This document shows positions 39,707 to 49,827 of a DNA stretch of 64,000 nt, piece after piece. The stretch spans positions 16,234 to 80,233 of the forward strand of contig DATGTQ010000188.1 in NCBI GenBank assembly GCA_035301805.1, given 5' to 3'. The DNA comes from Tissierellales bacterium (GTDB lineage: Bacteria; Bacillota; Clostridia; Tissierellales; DATGTQ01). Made by a program: the position numbers and the translations under genes. Under the pieces are notes generated by a model, which was not told where the DNA came from, did not search any database, and saw only the letters and a program-made list of their open reading frames with translations. Numbering within the stretch: position 1 is the first letter of the stretch; every line of letters starts with the position of its first letter.

Positions 39707-39904
39707 TAATTAAACCCCCTTTATGACTTTTATGAGTATATTGTATCACACATATATAAATTATGCTATACTAATTCAGTATTTTTTAAAAATTGTACGA
39801 ATAGTGCATGGAACAACATAACGTAATTATGGCATTCTAAGCTATTCAAACATTTTAATTTATTCTATACATATGGACCTTTAGTATAACATACCTTTTT
39901 ATAA

Positions 39905-41269
39905 TTATTTTATTACAATAATAGCTGTATCATTAGGATCTGCCCATTCATAGATAAATTTAGCACTACTGGTGTAATTTCTTACACATTTATGAGATCT
40001 TGGCATTGTGCCTATTGTGAATAAATACTCTTTCATTCCTGGATCTACCTTTTCTCCATTTTTAATAACATAGTCTATTGGAACTCCATGAATATAGGCT
40101 CCCTGTGCAAACCTTACAGCATATGGGGCATAACCTGCTAATTCTTTTCCCTTATTATCCGAATAATAAAATCTCTCTTTTTTCTCTTGCACTTTAAATT
40201 TTCCTTCAGGGGTTTCATAAGCCCGTTCTCCTCTAGCTCCTGTAGTAGCTAAACCATAAGATATCATGGTCCATTTTCCATTTCTTTTTTCAAAAACTCC
40301 TTGATTCTGATTGGTAACATCTACTACTACTGTTTTATTTAAACTATCTAAATTATTATCAAGTGAAATATAATTTTTAGGTATCCAATATTCTCCTTCA
40401 TAATCTAAAGCCTTTACCTTATAATAATCCTTTGCATTCTCCAGTATTAAAACTATCATTCCATCTGGAAAATATCTAAAATTAGATAGATCATTTAAAT
40501 CCCCATAAGCTGGTGCACTTTGATAAGCTTGCATACCATATTGATCTAAAGCTTTATTATTAATTAAAGGTGGTGAACCGTTTACATCTTTGTAGTTTGA
40601 AATATATGCAAATTCATTATTACTTAAAACCTCTTCAAGGTGTAAAATCGAATTATACATATGGTCAAATCTAAACCTTCTTAAAGCTCCTTCACTTTCT
40701 GGCATATATCCACTATGACTGGTTCCATTGTCATCAGTCCAAGCTAAGTTAATCCACCTATTAGAATTAGTAGCCCCAATAGCATCTCCTTTAACCTCAT
40801 TCAATGCTTTAATCTTTTCAAAATAACTGGCCTCCCCTAGTACCTTTGATTGGAAGGAGGGATTTTCATAAATATTTGCTTTTTCTTTAGTAATTAAAAA
40901 ATATTCTTCTGGCATTAAATATTTATCATATTTTATATCTATATTAAATCTATAATTTTCTTGTTCATTAAAATCCTTTGTTAAAGCTAAATTTGATAGT
41001 TTAGAGTTTATATCATCGTTATCAGTGTAGGGAGGATTTAATAAGTAGTCTATATTCTTTTTCTTTTGGATATTATCTGTCATTTTTATATCTTCTTTTA
41101 TTTCTATAAAATTTATATCTGGCTCTAAAGATTTTTCATCTAATTCTGTTAGTTCATCATTTATTTCAGCCTCCTCTTTCTCTACTTTAGGTTTAACCGG
41201 CTTTTTAGGGCCACAGGCAGTAAATAGTAGGCAAATTAAAATAATAGATAGTAATTTAAGTTTCTTCAT
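39905..41269 (-). CDS. Lipoprotein with SH3-like repeats and a C-terminal L,D-transpeptidase (YkuD)-like domain
   Basis: Lipobox LFTACG. C-terminal ..AYIHGVPID...TMPRSHKCVRN resembles the YkuD HG...SHGC(I/V)R catalytic motif, with Lys in place of Gly. Confidence 0.6.
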   Translation of the reverse strand: MKKLKLLSIILICLLFTACGPKKPVKPKVEKEEAEINDELTELDEKSLEPDINFIEIKEDIKMTDNIQKKKNIDYLLNPPYTDNDDINSKLSNLALTKDFNEQENYRFNIDIKYDKYLMPEEYFLITKEKANIYENPSFQSKVLGEASYFEKIKALNEVKGDAIGATNSNRWINLAWTDDNGTSHSGYMPESEGALRRFRFDHMYNSILHLEEVLSNNEFAYISNYKDVNGSPPLINNKALDQYGMQAYQSAPAYGDLNDLSNFRYFPDGMIVLILENAKDYYKVKALDYEGEYWIPKNYISLDNNLDSLNKTVVVDVTNQNQGVFEKRNGKWTMISYGLATTGARGERAYETPEGKFKVQEKKERFYYSDNKGKELAGYAPYAVRFAQGAYIHGVPIDYVIKNGEKVDPGMKEYLFTIGTMPRSHKCVRNYTSSAKFIYEWADPNDTAIIVIK

Positions 41270-41456
41270 TTAAAACGTTTCACCTCATTTTCATAATAAA
41301 AATTCTTAGTTTTATTATTCCTCGAAGGTAGAAATAAATACAAAATTAACAAAATAAAATCCTGCTATTCGGGATTTTATTTTAACTATGCACTATACTT
41401 TTCACAAATTTCTTCATTAAAACCACTTATTAAAAATCTAATATATTATTAAAATT

Positions 41457-42239
41457 CTATTGATTATTTTTAATTAATTCTTTTAAAATCATACTATTAG
41501 CTTTATTATTCATTTCTTTTGCCTTTAAGCTTTTTAGTAAAAAGGCTTCTGCTGGATTAAAAGTATATTCCCCACAAACATCTACACCATAAATATTTTT
41601 ATATTTATTAATGTGCTGGACTATATCCATTAACTGCCTAAGCCTCATACTTCCTTGATCCCAGTTTACTAAAACATCAGAATTACATAATACATCTTTG
41701 TCTATACTAATATAGACATTAGACGTCGGTATTTTAGAGATTATATCCTTTTTAATTTTTTCATTCTCTAATACATTACCTTGTAAAATTTCATCTTTTA
41801 GAACAGTTGATACCTTCATGTTTAAACATGAAGGTATAGCTTCTGTCAAGTCTTTTCTTACGCCAATAATAATTACTTTTTTAAGCATAGAAATACTATC
41901 AATAGCTTCTAAAACCCATGAACCACAGGATAAAATTGATTCATGAATAGGCTTTATCATATCTGTATGGTGATCAAATAGTATTAGGGTAAAAGGTATT
42001 TTAATCTCTGACATTAATAAGTAGGTTACATAATGGTAGTTTCCACTACCTATAAAGGTTATGCCCTTATTCTTTCTTCTCTTTAATCTTTCGTGGATAG
42101 TTTTTAACGACCCTAATTCGCAGTATCTATTTGTGTTTCAAACATCTGAAAGATTGATCCATTCATAATCAGCCTTATGAAAAAAATCTTGAGTCTCATA
42201 TACATGGTCGAAATTTAAAATTGTAATTAAATCATCCAT
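41457..42239 (-). pseudogene. Arginase/ureohydrolase-fold protein gene interrupted by one in-frame TGA (codon 34)
   Basis: The frame is continuous from the ATG at 42239 to the stop at 41457: MDDLITILNFDHVYETQDFFHKADYEWINLSDV-TGA-NTNRYCELGSLKTIHERLKRRKNKGITFIGSGNYHYVTYLLMSEIKIPFTLILFDHHTDM... Family motifs present: SGNYH, DHHTD, SIDKDV. The TGA is at 42138-42140. Confidence 0.7.
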
Positions 42240-42454
42240 TCTATTACATCTCCTTTAGATGTTAAAAAATTTGTATTTCTAATATTTACAATAGTGCAAA
42301 TTAAGATTCCTATCACTGCTATAAAAAACATTACTATGCTATACCATAACCTTTCCCTCCTGATATGTATTCTAAAATATTATATAATATATCAAATAGG
42401 CATGTCCAAATCAGTTTTATTAATATAAACATCCGACTTTCTTCCTATATAAAG

Positions 42455-42487
42455 AAAAAAACACAGTAGAAAAACTACCATGTTTTT
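42455..42487 (-). terminator. Intrinsic terminator after the 54-aa membrane peptide gene
   Basis: Minus-strand RNA ACAUGGUAG-uuuuu-CUACUGUGU (two G-U pairs) followed by U7. Confidence 0.7.
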
Positions 42488-42652
42488 TTAAAATATGCCA
42501 CCTGTAAGTAATAGTACTAAGAATATAAGCATTAAAACATCATCGGAACCCTTGCCAATTGAGCCAAATCCCCCATCTCCCATTAACAATATTACTAAAA
42601 ATATGATGATTAATAAATTCTCATCAAAATCCTTAAAAATATCTTGAAGCAT
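42488..42652 (-). CDS. 54-aa double-hydrophobic-segment peptide (not in the ORF track)
   Basis: GAGGAGG RBS 7 nt before the ATG at 42652. Translates to MLQDIFKDFDENLLIIIFLVILLMGDGGFGSIGKGSDDVLMLIFLVLLLTGGIF*. Has a dedicated terminator. Confidence 0.6.
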   Translation of the reverse strand: MLQDIFKDFDENLLIIIFLVILLMGDGGFGSIGKGSDDVLMLIFLVLLLTGGIF

Positions 42653-42719
42653 GGTAAAACCTCCTCATAAAAAGTCTTACTTTATCTTATTCATAAGAAG
42701 GTTTTTCGTGACATAAATT

Positions 42720-43262
42720 TTACTTTTCTAATTCTTTTCTTAAATCAACAATAGATTTAGTTGTAATTTGTTCTTTATCAATATTTAATAACCTTATAGC
42801 TTTATCTAGGTCTTCTTTCTTCTTTACTTCTATTTCCATATAGGTATATGGGTAAATTTTTTCATCCCATGTATCTATGTCAAATCTTATGTCATTATAT
42901 ACATAAGAAATTCTTTCTTTATATCCTTCCTCAACAACTTCATAACCTAGTCTATTTAGAATATAAATTAAAGTTTTCTTATTACTTATAAAAGTATTGG
43001 CTTCTATATTTTCTCTAATGCCTTCTCTAGAAATATTCTCTTTTAATGTAAAAATAATTTGTTCTTCACCATTATCTAAATTTTTAGTTTCCCTAATTCT
43101 TAAATAACTATCTAATTCATTTTCTATATTTTTAGTTTTTGTATCTATTAAAGTGTTTATTTGTTCTTCCTTTACTAGATATTTAGCTCCTATAGAAACC
43201 AATCTTTCTTCCATTTCCTTTTTGTCAATATTTAAAACTTTAACTTCTAATTCTTTAGCCAT
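42720..43262 (-). CDS. CYTH-domain protein (class IV adenylate cyclase / triphosphatase fold)
   Basis: N-terminal ELEVKVL (the ExExK signature), then YLRIRE.., TLK.., E-rich beta strands. 180 aa. The start overlaps the nagA 3' end by 16 nt. Confidence 0.7.
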   Translation of the reverse strand: MAKELEVKVLNIDKKEMEERLVSIGAKYLVKEEQINTLIDTKTKNIENELDSYLRIRETKNLDNGEEQIIFTLKENISREGIRENIEANTFISNKKTLIYILNRLGYEVVEEGYKERISYVYNDIRFDIDTWDEKIYPYTYMEIEVKKKEDLDKAIRLLNIDKEQITTKSIVDLRKELEK

Positions 43263-44407
43263 GTAATATTGCCTCCCACAATACCAGCTTCTACATTTAT
43301 ATTTTCATCAAATATTATTAAATCTGCATCCTTACCTACTTCAATACTACCTTTTCTATCATCAATTTTAATAGCCTTTGCAGGATTTAAACTAGCCATA
43401 CGAACAGCTTGGTGGGTTGGAATATTCAACCACTTAATCATATTATATACTGCATCTCTTAAATTAAGAGTAGAACCAGCTAAAGAACCATTTTCTAATC
43501 TAGCAGCCCCTTCTTTTACAAAAACTTTCTGTCCTCCTAATTCATATTCTCCGTTTTCTAATCCTGCTGCCCTCATAGCATCTGAAACCAGTACAATTTT
43601 ATCTATACCTTTCATTTTTATAGCCATTAATGTAGCGGCATCATGTAAATGGATTCTATCATTTATTAATTCACAGTATACCCTTTCATCCGTTAACGAT
43701 ACACCTATTATACCAGGCTCTCTGTGAGAAAAACTTCTCATACCGTTATATAGATGGGTAGCAATAGTAACTCCATTATCAACTCCCTTTTTAGCCTCAT
43801 TAAAAGTAGCATTACTATGGGCCATAGCTACCATTACATTTTCTGATTTCAAATAAGATATAAGTGAATCTGCACCTTTTAATTCTGGTGCTAAGGAAAC
43901 CATTTTTAAACTTCCTTTAGCTAATTCATTATATTTTTTCATTCCTTCTAAATATGGATCTTTAATATATTCCTTTGGTTGAGCTCCCTTTTTCAATAAA
44001 TTAAAGAATGGTCCTTCCAAATGAATCCCTAATACTTGTGCCCTATCATTTTTATTTTTATACTCTTGCAAATTAACTATTGCTTTTTCTATATTTTCAT
44101 CTGATGAAGTAATAATTGTGCCTAAAGTAGAGATAACACCATTTTTAAAATGGAATTTAGTCATTTCATCAATAGCCCCTTCAGTAGCATCCATAAAGTC
44201 ATAACCAGAGTTTCCATGGTTATGAATATCTATAAAACCTGGAGCTAAAAAATTGTTTTCTCCATCTATTATTTCACTATAGTATTCATCATTAATTTTA
44301 TCTTCAGGAATAATCTTCTTAATAATACCCTCTTCTATCAATAAGGCATGTTCAAAAATAATTTCATAAGGGGTTATAACCCTTACATTTTTAATTAACT
44401 TTCTCAA
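43247..44407 (-). CDS. nagA: N-acetylglucosamine-6-phosphate deacetylase
   Basis: PGFIDIHNHG, HLEGPF, ATHLYNGM, VSDAM motifs. Adjacent to nagB. Confidence 0.9.
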   Translation of the reverse strand: MRKLIKNVRVITPYEIIFEHALLIEEGIIKKIIPEDKINDEYYSEIIDGENNFLAPGFIDIHNHGNSGYDFMDATEGAIDEMTKFHFKNGVISTLGTIITSSDENIEKAIVNLQEYKNKNDRAQVLGIHLEGPFFNLLKKGAQPKEYIKDPYLEGMKKYNELAKGSLKMVSLAPELKGADSLISYLKSENVMVAMAHSNATFNEAKKGVDNGVTIATHLYNGMRSFSHREPGIIGVSLTDERVYCELINDRIHLHDAATLMAIKMKGIDKIVLVSDAMRAAGLENGEYELGGQKVFVKEGAARLENGSLAGSTLNLRDAVYNMIKWLNIPTHQAVRMASLNPAKAIKIDDRKGSIEVGKDADLIIFDENINVEAGIVGGNITWLKN

Positions 44408-44424
44408 TTATGACACCACCTATT

Positions 44425-45159
44425 TTATTCATTGTGTTCTGAAGCTGCCTCTTCATCAAGTATTACTGTTACATCTGGGTGTAATAACAACATAGTTGCA
44501 GGTATTGCAGTAGTTGTATATTCTTCTTTTAATAATTCTTTAATAACTTGAGCCTTATTCTTTCCACTGGCTAATAAAATTATCTTTTTAGCTTTCATAA
44601 TACTTCCTAGTCCCATTGTAATAGCAGTCGTTGGTACCTCTTCTATAGAATCAAAAAATCTTGAATTAGCATTTATAGTTGATTCTGTTAACCCAGTTAC
44701 ATGAGTGCCTAAAGTTAATTCTTCCGCTGGTTCATTAAATGCAATATGTCCATTTTCCCCAATTCCCAATATTTGCAAATCAATTCCACCAAGTTCTTCA
44801 ATTCCTTTATCATAATTCTTACAATATTCTTCTATATCTTCTGCCTCTCCATTAGGTACATGGGTATTTTCTTTTTCAATATTAATATGATTAAAAAGAT
44901 TTTCTTCCATATATACATGATAACTATTTGGATGTTCTGGAGATAATCCTATATATTCATCTAAATTGAAAGTTGTAACCTTTGAAAAATCTAAATTTTC
45001 TTCTTTATACATTTTAATAAGTTCTTCATAAGTTCCTACAGGAGTACTACCTGTTGCTAAACCCAAAATCAAATTTGGTTTTTTATTTATTTCCTCTTTT
45101 ATAATTTCTGCAGTTTTTTTACTAAGTCCATCATAATCTTTTTCAATAATTACTTTCAT
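44425..45159 (-). CDS. nagB: Glucosamine-6-phosphate deaminase
   Basis: [29 protein letters not shown] motifs. 244 aa. Confidence 0.95.
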   Translation of the reverse strand: MKVIIEKDYDGLSKKTAEIIKEEINKKPNLILGLATGSTPVGTYEELIKMYKEENLDFSKVTTFNLDEYIGLSPEHPNSYHVYMEENLFNHINIEKENTHVPNGEAEDIEEYCKNYDKGIEELGGIDLQILGIGENGHIAFNEPAEELTLGTHVTGLTESTINANSRFFDSIEEVPTTAITMGLGSIMKAKKIILLASGKNKAQVIKELLKEEYTTTAIPATMLLLHPDVTVILDEEAASEHNE

Positions 45160-45178
45160 TGTTATTTCCTCCTTAATT

Positions 45179-45865
45179 TTAAATTATTACTTTTGGCATA
45201 AAATTAATATAATCACTTGCTACACAATGAAACTCAACTCCTTCTACTTCACCTTCTACAGCATATTTATGGCCTTCTGCATGTAAGTGTCCGTAAATAC
45301 ATATATCCACATTGTATTTTTTCATTATATCCACAAATTCATTAGGCTTCAACTTTGAATTAAAAGGTGGATAATGTAAAAGAACAATTTTTTTATCAAT
45401 AGTTCTATCTATAGAAGATAAAGATAAATCTAATCTAATAAGCTCCCTTCTAAATACTTTTTCATCATGGGCATCAAAATCTTCCGAACCTTTTGATGCC
45501 CATCCTCTACTACCTGCTATTCCTATTTTATTATATACAAAACTATTATTCTGTAAAAAATTAATAGTTTCTAAATTTAAACCGTTCATTTTCTTTAAAC
45601 CTTGCCACCAATAATCATGATTACCCTTAGACATTATTTTTTTTCCTGGAAGCTCATCTATTCTCTTTAAGTCCTCATAACTATCCTCTAGCTTCATAGC
45701 CCAAGAAATATCACCAGGAACCAAAACTAAATCATCTTCTCTTACGAGTTTTTCCCAGCTATCAAAGATTTTTTCTTCGTGGTTTATCCATTCACTACCA
45801 AATACATCCATAGGTTTTTCCTTTCGGAAATCTAAATGTAAATCACCTATAGCATATATCATCAA
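45179..45865 (-). CDS. Calcineurin-like metallophosphoesterase
   Basis: IGDLHLD, PGDISW, GNHDYWW, GHLH metal-binding motifs. Confidence 0.8.
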   Translation of the reverse strand: MMIYAIGDLHLDFRKEKPMDVFGSEWINHEEKIFDSWEKLVREDDLVLVPGDISWAMKLEDSYEDLKRIDELPGKKIMSKGNHDYWWQGLKKMNGLNLETINFLQNNSFVYNKIGIAGSRGWASKGSEDFDAHDEKVFRRELIRLDLSLSSIDRTIDKKIVLLHYPPFNSKLKPNEFVDIMKKYNVDICIYGHLHAEGHKYAVEGEVEGVEFHCVASDYINFMPKVII

Positions 45866-45950
45866 ATCACCTCAATTAATCTTAAACCTTAACTTCAACT
45901 ATCAAGTGGCTTAAATTACAGTTTTATAAAGGTTCATGTATCACATTAAG

Positions 45951-48683
45951 TTATATTTCTATAAGATTATAATCTATATTTAATTCTTCTAAAATTTCTC
46001 CTTCTCTTTCATGACATGTAAATAAAATCACCTGTCTTTCCTTGCTTTTTTCTCCTAATAGCTCTAAAACATTGGTAAGCCTTTTACTATCATATTGAAT
46101 AAAACAGTCATCTAATATTAATGGAATCTTCCTTTCAGTTATAATATCAATTATTGCAAATCTTGTAGCAAAATACAATTGATCAATTGTACCTCCACTT
46201 AAACTATGAATATTTTTAATTTCTCCATTCTCTGGTTCTACTGCTACAATATCTATACTTTGGTTAATCTTAATATTATCATACTTATTTGTTATCTTTT
46301 GGACTAAATGACTAACTTCTTTATTTAAAGTTGGGGCAAACTCTTTATGCACATTTTTAGATATATCTTCTATTGTATCTTTTGCTAAATTAATAGAGGC
46401 TAATTTATCTTCATAATATTTTTTCTCTATCTTTAAACTTTCTATTTTTTCATCTATTTCTACTAAAGGTGTAAATTCACCAGATTTTAAAAAAGTACTT
46501 TCTTCTAATTTTGCTATATTAATTTTTTTACTGTTTATATCGTCTTCTATTTCCTTAAAGTCCTTCTTTAAACTCTCTATATCTTCCATACTTAAATTAT
46601 TTTCTATACTTAAATTATTTCCTTTAATTTCAGCTTTTAAATCTTCAAATTTCTCATTATCTAATGTTTTTTCTAGATTTAAATAATTTAATTTTAAGCT
46701 CCCATTTATCTTATCTAATTTCTCTTTATTATTTAATCCTTCTTTAAACTCTTCTAAACTACTAGAATTATTTTTTTCTAATAAAAAGTTCATTTTATTT
46801 AATATAATAATTTTATCCTCTCTATCTTCTTTTAAATTATCAGTATATCCTTTCTCATCCTTAATTTTATAATTTAATTTGTTTTGTAAATCTATGTATT
46901 CTTTATATTCTTTTTTAATATTTTTAATATCTTCTATATTATAGTCTTCTTTTATATTAAATAATTTCTTATATTTCTCAGTCTCCTTTTTCAACCTTTC
47001 TATACTAGAATGTAGTTCTTTCTTATTCCAGTTTAGCTTTTCTATTTCTTTAAATTTTCTATCTATATTTACACTACTTTCATAGTTCTCAGAATATAAC
47101 TGTTTTAATTCTTTCCTTGTTTTACATTTATATTTAAATAATAGACTCTCTAATTTTTTATTAATTTCTTGAACTTTATTGTCTATTTCTTTATTAGAAT
47201 TTTCAATTAAACTAATTTGATTCTTAATCTTTTCTCCTTCTTTCATTATATTACCCTTAGAAATTAGGGTATAAACTAAGCCCATAGCAAAAGGTATAGA
47301 TATGAAAAACATTATAGGAACTATAAAACCCAATCCTATTGGAATAATAGTTAGTAATAAAAATATAATGAACATTTTATTTTTCTTTTCCATTTCTTCA
47401 GTAAAAGTTTCCTCTTTATCTTTTAATATAAAAAGATTATTTTTATCTTTACTAAATTCTAGCTTATCCTTTTTTCTTTCCATATCTTCATAATAGTAAA
47501 TATCTTCACCTAAATCCTTTAACTTTTCTTCATCTACGTCAACACCTAGGCTTTCTAACTCTTTTAATCTTTGATCAATTTTATTTATTTCCTTTTGAAG
47601 GGTTAGTAGTTCTTTAAAATATTCACTTATATTTTCCATTTCTTCTTCTTTTATATTTCTATACCTATACAGACCTTCCATATTTTTTTCTAAGATTTTA
47701 ATTTCACTTTTTGTTTTATTTAAATTATCTTTCCATTTAACTATATTCTTTTTCAATTGTTTTACTTGATTATCTATAGGGAGAAGTTCTTCATAATCTT
47801 CAAAACTTAGGTTAGAATATTCTTTTAGTTCTTTTTTCTCTTTTTCTAAGCTATCTATTTTATTTTTTATTTTAACTGCTTTGTTGTATTTTATAATTTT
47901 TTGATTTTTTTCTATTTCAGCTATTTTAAAAGTAATTTCTCTTTTATTATTTCTTAAAACTTCCATTTCATCTTTAGCTAATTTAAGGTTCTTCCCTATT
48001 TCTAGCATTTCATTGTGTAATTCAATAGCCTTTTCTCTTTCAATGTATAAGTTTTCTAATTCTATAATTAATTGACCATAGGGAGAAGTTGTTCTTCTTT
48101 CTGTACCTATCTCGTCTTTTTTAAAATCTAAGAAACTTAGTGCATTTTTTATTGAAATATCTTCATCTAAACTTCCACCTAAGTTGGCTAAACTATCTTT
48201 TACTTCTTTTGCTAAGTTTTCATCCGTTTTACTTCTTAATTGTTCAATATTAATAGTATTGTTGTAAATTACTGAGCTATTTATTCCTAATAAAAATGGT
48301 CCTGGTAGTGGAAGTCTAGTTACTTTATCATATTCTAAAAAATGGGTTAAATCATCACCAGTAATATCATCATACATCTTAACTTCGTCATTCTTTTTTA
48401 AAAAATTTCGTTCAATCCTATAAATATTTCCATCTAATTCGTATTTTAGAGTTCCTCTATATTCACTAAAAAACCAGGGAAGATATCTGTCATAATCTTT
48501 ACTATATCTTTTCACCTTAGTATAGGGCCTAAAATAGCCATAAAACATACCTTCAATAAATTTATGTACTGTCGTCTTACCTACTTCATTCTTCCCATAA
48601 ATTATATTAATTCCATCTTCCAATTTAATAATCTTATTTTTAAATTTTCCAAATCCAATTAAATTTAATTCATTAATTAACAA
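45951..48683 (-). CDS. SMC/SbcC-like AAA ATPase with long coiled coil and two central TM helices (YhaN/SbcE-like)
   Basis: N-terminal Walker A (GKNEVGKTT). K/E-rich coiled coil of ~700 aa. Hydrophobic pair MFIIFLLLTIIPIGLGFIVPIMFFISIPFAMGLVYTLI. C-terminal LSGGTIDQLYFATRFA and IPLILDDCF. Confidence 0.75.
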   Translation of the reverse strand: MLINELNLIGFGKFKNKIIKLEDGINIIYGKNEVGKTTVHKFIEGMFYGYFRPYTKVKRYSKDYDRYLPWFFSEYRGTLKYELDGNIYRIERNFLKKNDEVKMYDDITGDDLTHFLEYDKVTRLPLPGPFLLGINSSVIYNNTINIEQLRSKTDENLAKEVKDSLANLGGSLDEDISIKNALSFLDFKKDEIGTERRTTSPYGQLIIELENLYIEREKAIELHNEMLEIGKNLKLAKDEMEVLRNNKREITFKIAEIEKNQKIIKYNKAVKIKNKIDSLEKEKKELKEYSNLSFEDYEELLPIDNQVKQLKKNIVKWKDNLNKTKSEIKILEKNMEGLYRYRNIKEEEMENISEYFKELLTLQKEINKIDQRLKELESLGVDVDEEKLKDLGEDIYYYEDMERKKDKLEFSKDKNNLFILKDKEETFTEEMEKKNKMFIIFLLLTIIPIGLGFIVPIMFFISIPFAMGLVYTLISKGNIMKEGEKIKNQISLIENSNKEIDNKVQEINKKLESLLFKYKCKTRKELKQLYSENYESSVNIDRKFKEIEKLNWNKKELHSSIERLKKETEKYKKLFNIKEDYNIEDIKNIKKEYKEYIDLQNKLNYKIKDEKGYTDNLKEDREDKIIILNKMNFLLEKNNSSSLEEFKEGLNNKEKLDKINGSLKLNYLNLEKTLDNEKFEDLKAEIKGNNLSIENNLSMEDIESLKKDFKEIEDDINSKKINIAKLEESTFLKSGEFTPLVEIDEKIESLKIEKKYYEDKLASINLAKDTIEDISKNVHKEFAPTLNKEVSHLVQKITNKYDNIKINQSIDIVAVEPENGEIKNIHSLSGGTIDQLYFATRFAIIDIITERKIPLILDDCFIQYDSKRLTNVLELLGEKSKERQVILFTCHEREGEILEELNIDYNLIEI

Positions 48684-49780
48684 GTAACCACCTTCTCCTG
48701 TAAAAGTGACTCTAAACCCATGTATAAGGCTTCTCTCACAATGGGATCTTGTAAATCTTTCTCTTCCATTTTTTCAATGAAAATTCCTATCACATTATCC
48801 CTATTATCCTCTTTAAGTCTTTCCAGATCATAGTCTAAAACAGTATTGTCAATAACTTCTACATAATAAAATTCACTAGCTAAATAACTTTTTAACTCTT
48901 TTATATCTAATTTTATATCCCTATCAATTAACCCAGTTAATATAATTCTATATAAGTCTTTTTCCTTATTTTCTTTTTTATCACAATTAATAATAGATTC
49001 TATAACTTCATCATAATTCATTAAACTATCTATATTAATTTCTTTTATTTGAAATTGTCTTTTACTAAAATTTATTAGTTCTAAATTTACTTTTGACTTA
49101 TCGACTATACCTTCTATTATTCCATGAACCCCAGTTTCTCCAAAATCTAAAGGCTCTGGACTACCACAATAAGCTATTTTTTCTGATATTAATTTAGGCT
49201 TATGTATATGACCTAGGGCAATATAGTTAAAGCCTATAGATACTAATTTATTTTTGTCTAAAGGTAAATAGTTTGATTCACTATTAGTCAAATCTCCATG
49301 GATAAGTAATATATTTGTTTTATTTGGATCTAAATCTTGAAACTCTAAAAAATCACTAGATTTATATTCATTCTTTTCCCAGCTAAATCCCCAAATTACA
49401 GTATTTAATTCTTGAAACTCAAACTTTTCTATATTTTTATTTCCAAAAATATAAACATTCTCTGGCCATTCGATTAATTCATACAGAGAGCTTTTCTTTA
49501 ATGTATCATGATTACCTGTAGATATAATTATTTTTGTATCATTTAAAGTAAGAAAACTATCTCTCAGTCTTCTTATATCCCCTAAATTAAAAACATCTTC
49601 TTCAAAAATATCTCCTGTAATGAATAAAAAATCTACTGAATTTTCTTTTCCTCTATTAATAATTCTTTTAAATGTTTCCCACAATTCCATTCTTCGATTT
49701 TTCCCTACTGTTCCATGAAAACTTGCACTTTTAAACTGGGAACCTAGATGTAAATCCCCTGTGTGTATAAATTTAATCAT
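48677..49780 (-). CDS. SbcD/Mre11-like DNA repair exonuclease (YhaO/SbcF-like)
   Basis: HTGDLHLG, TGDIFE, GNHD, GHIH phosphoesterase motifs. Overlaps the ATPase gene by 7 nt. Confidence 0.8.
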   Translation of the reverse strand: MIKFIHTGDLHLGSQFKSASFHGTVGKNRRMELWETFKRIINRGKENSVDFLFITGDIFEEDVFNLGDIRRLRDSFLTLNDTKIIISTGNHDTLKKSSLYELIEWPENVYIFGNKNIEKFEFQELNTVIWGFSWEKNEYKSSDFLEFQDLDPNKTNILLIHGDLTNSESNYLPLDKNKLVSIGFNYIALGHIHKPKLISEKIAYCGSPEPLDFGETGVHGIIEGIVDKSKVNLELINFSKRQFQIKEINIDSLMNYDEVIESIINCDKKENKEKDLYRIILTGLIDRDIKLDIKELKSYLASEFYYVEVIDNTVLDYDLERLKEDNRDNVIGIFIEKMEEKDLQDPIVREALYMGLESLLQEKVVTC

Positions 49781-49827
49781 GACATTCCTCCTTAGCCTAA
49801 GAATTTAAAACCCACAAAATGTGGGTT

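Noticed and set aside
42085-42137. Searched for a SECIS-like stem-loop immediately 3' of the in-frame TGA in the arginase-fold gene.
   Set aside because: Only a 4-bp AUAG/CUAU pairing with a very large loop is visible, with no G/U-containing apical loop at the expected distance. There is not enough to claim selenocysteine insertion.
42227-42331. 34-codon ORF (MFFIAVIGILICTIVNIRNTNFLTSKGDVIEWMI) overlapping the start of the arginase-fold gene.
   Set aside because: The nearest Shine-Dalgarno-like GGAGGG is ~24 nt upstream of the ATG, which is too far. There is no other support.
45951-49780. Considered the SMC-like ATPase and nuclease pair as an anti-phage defence module (Lamassu- or Wadjet-like).
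   Set aside because: The architecture and gene order match the widely conserved Firmicute YhaO/YhaN (SbcF/SbcE) repair pair. There are no accompanying defence-island genes or mobile elements, and nothing visible to suggest a foreign origin.
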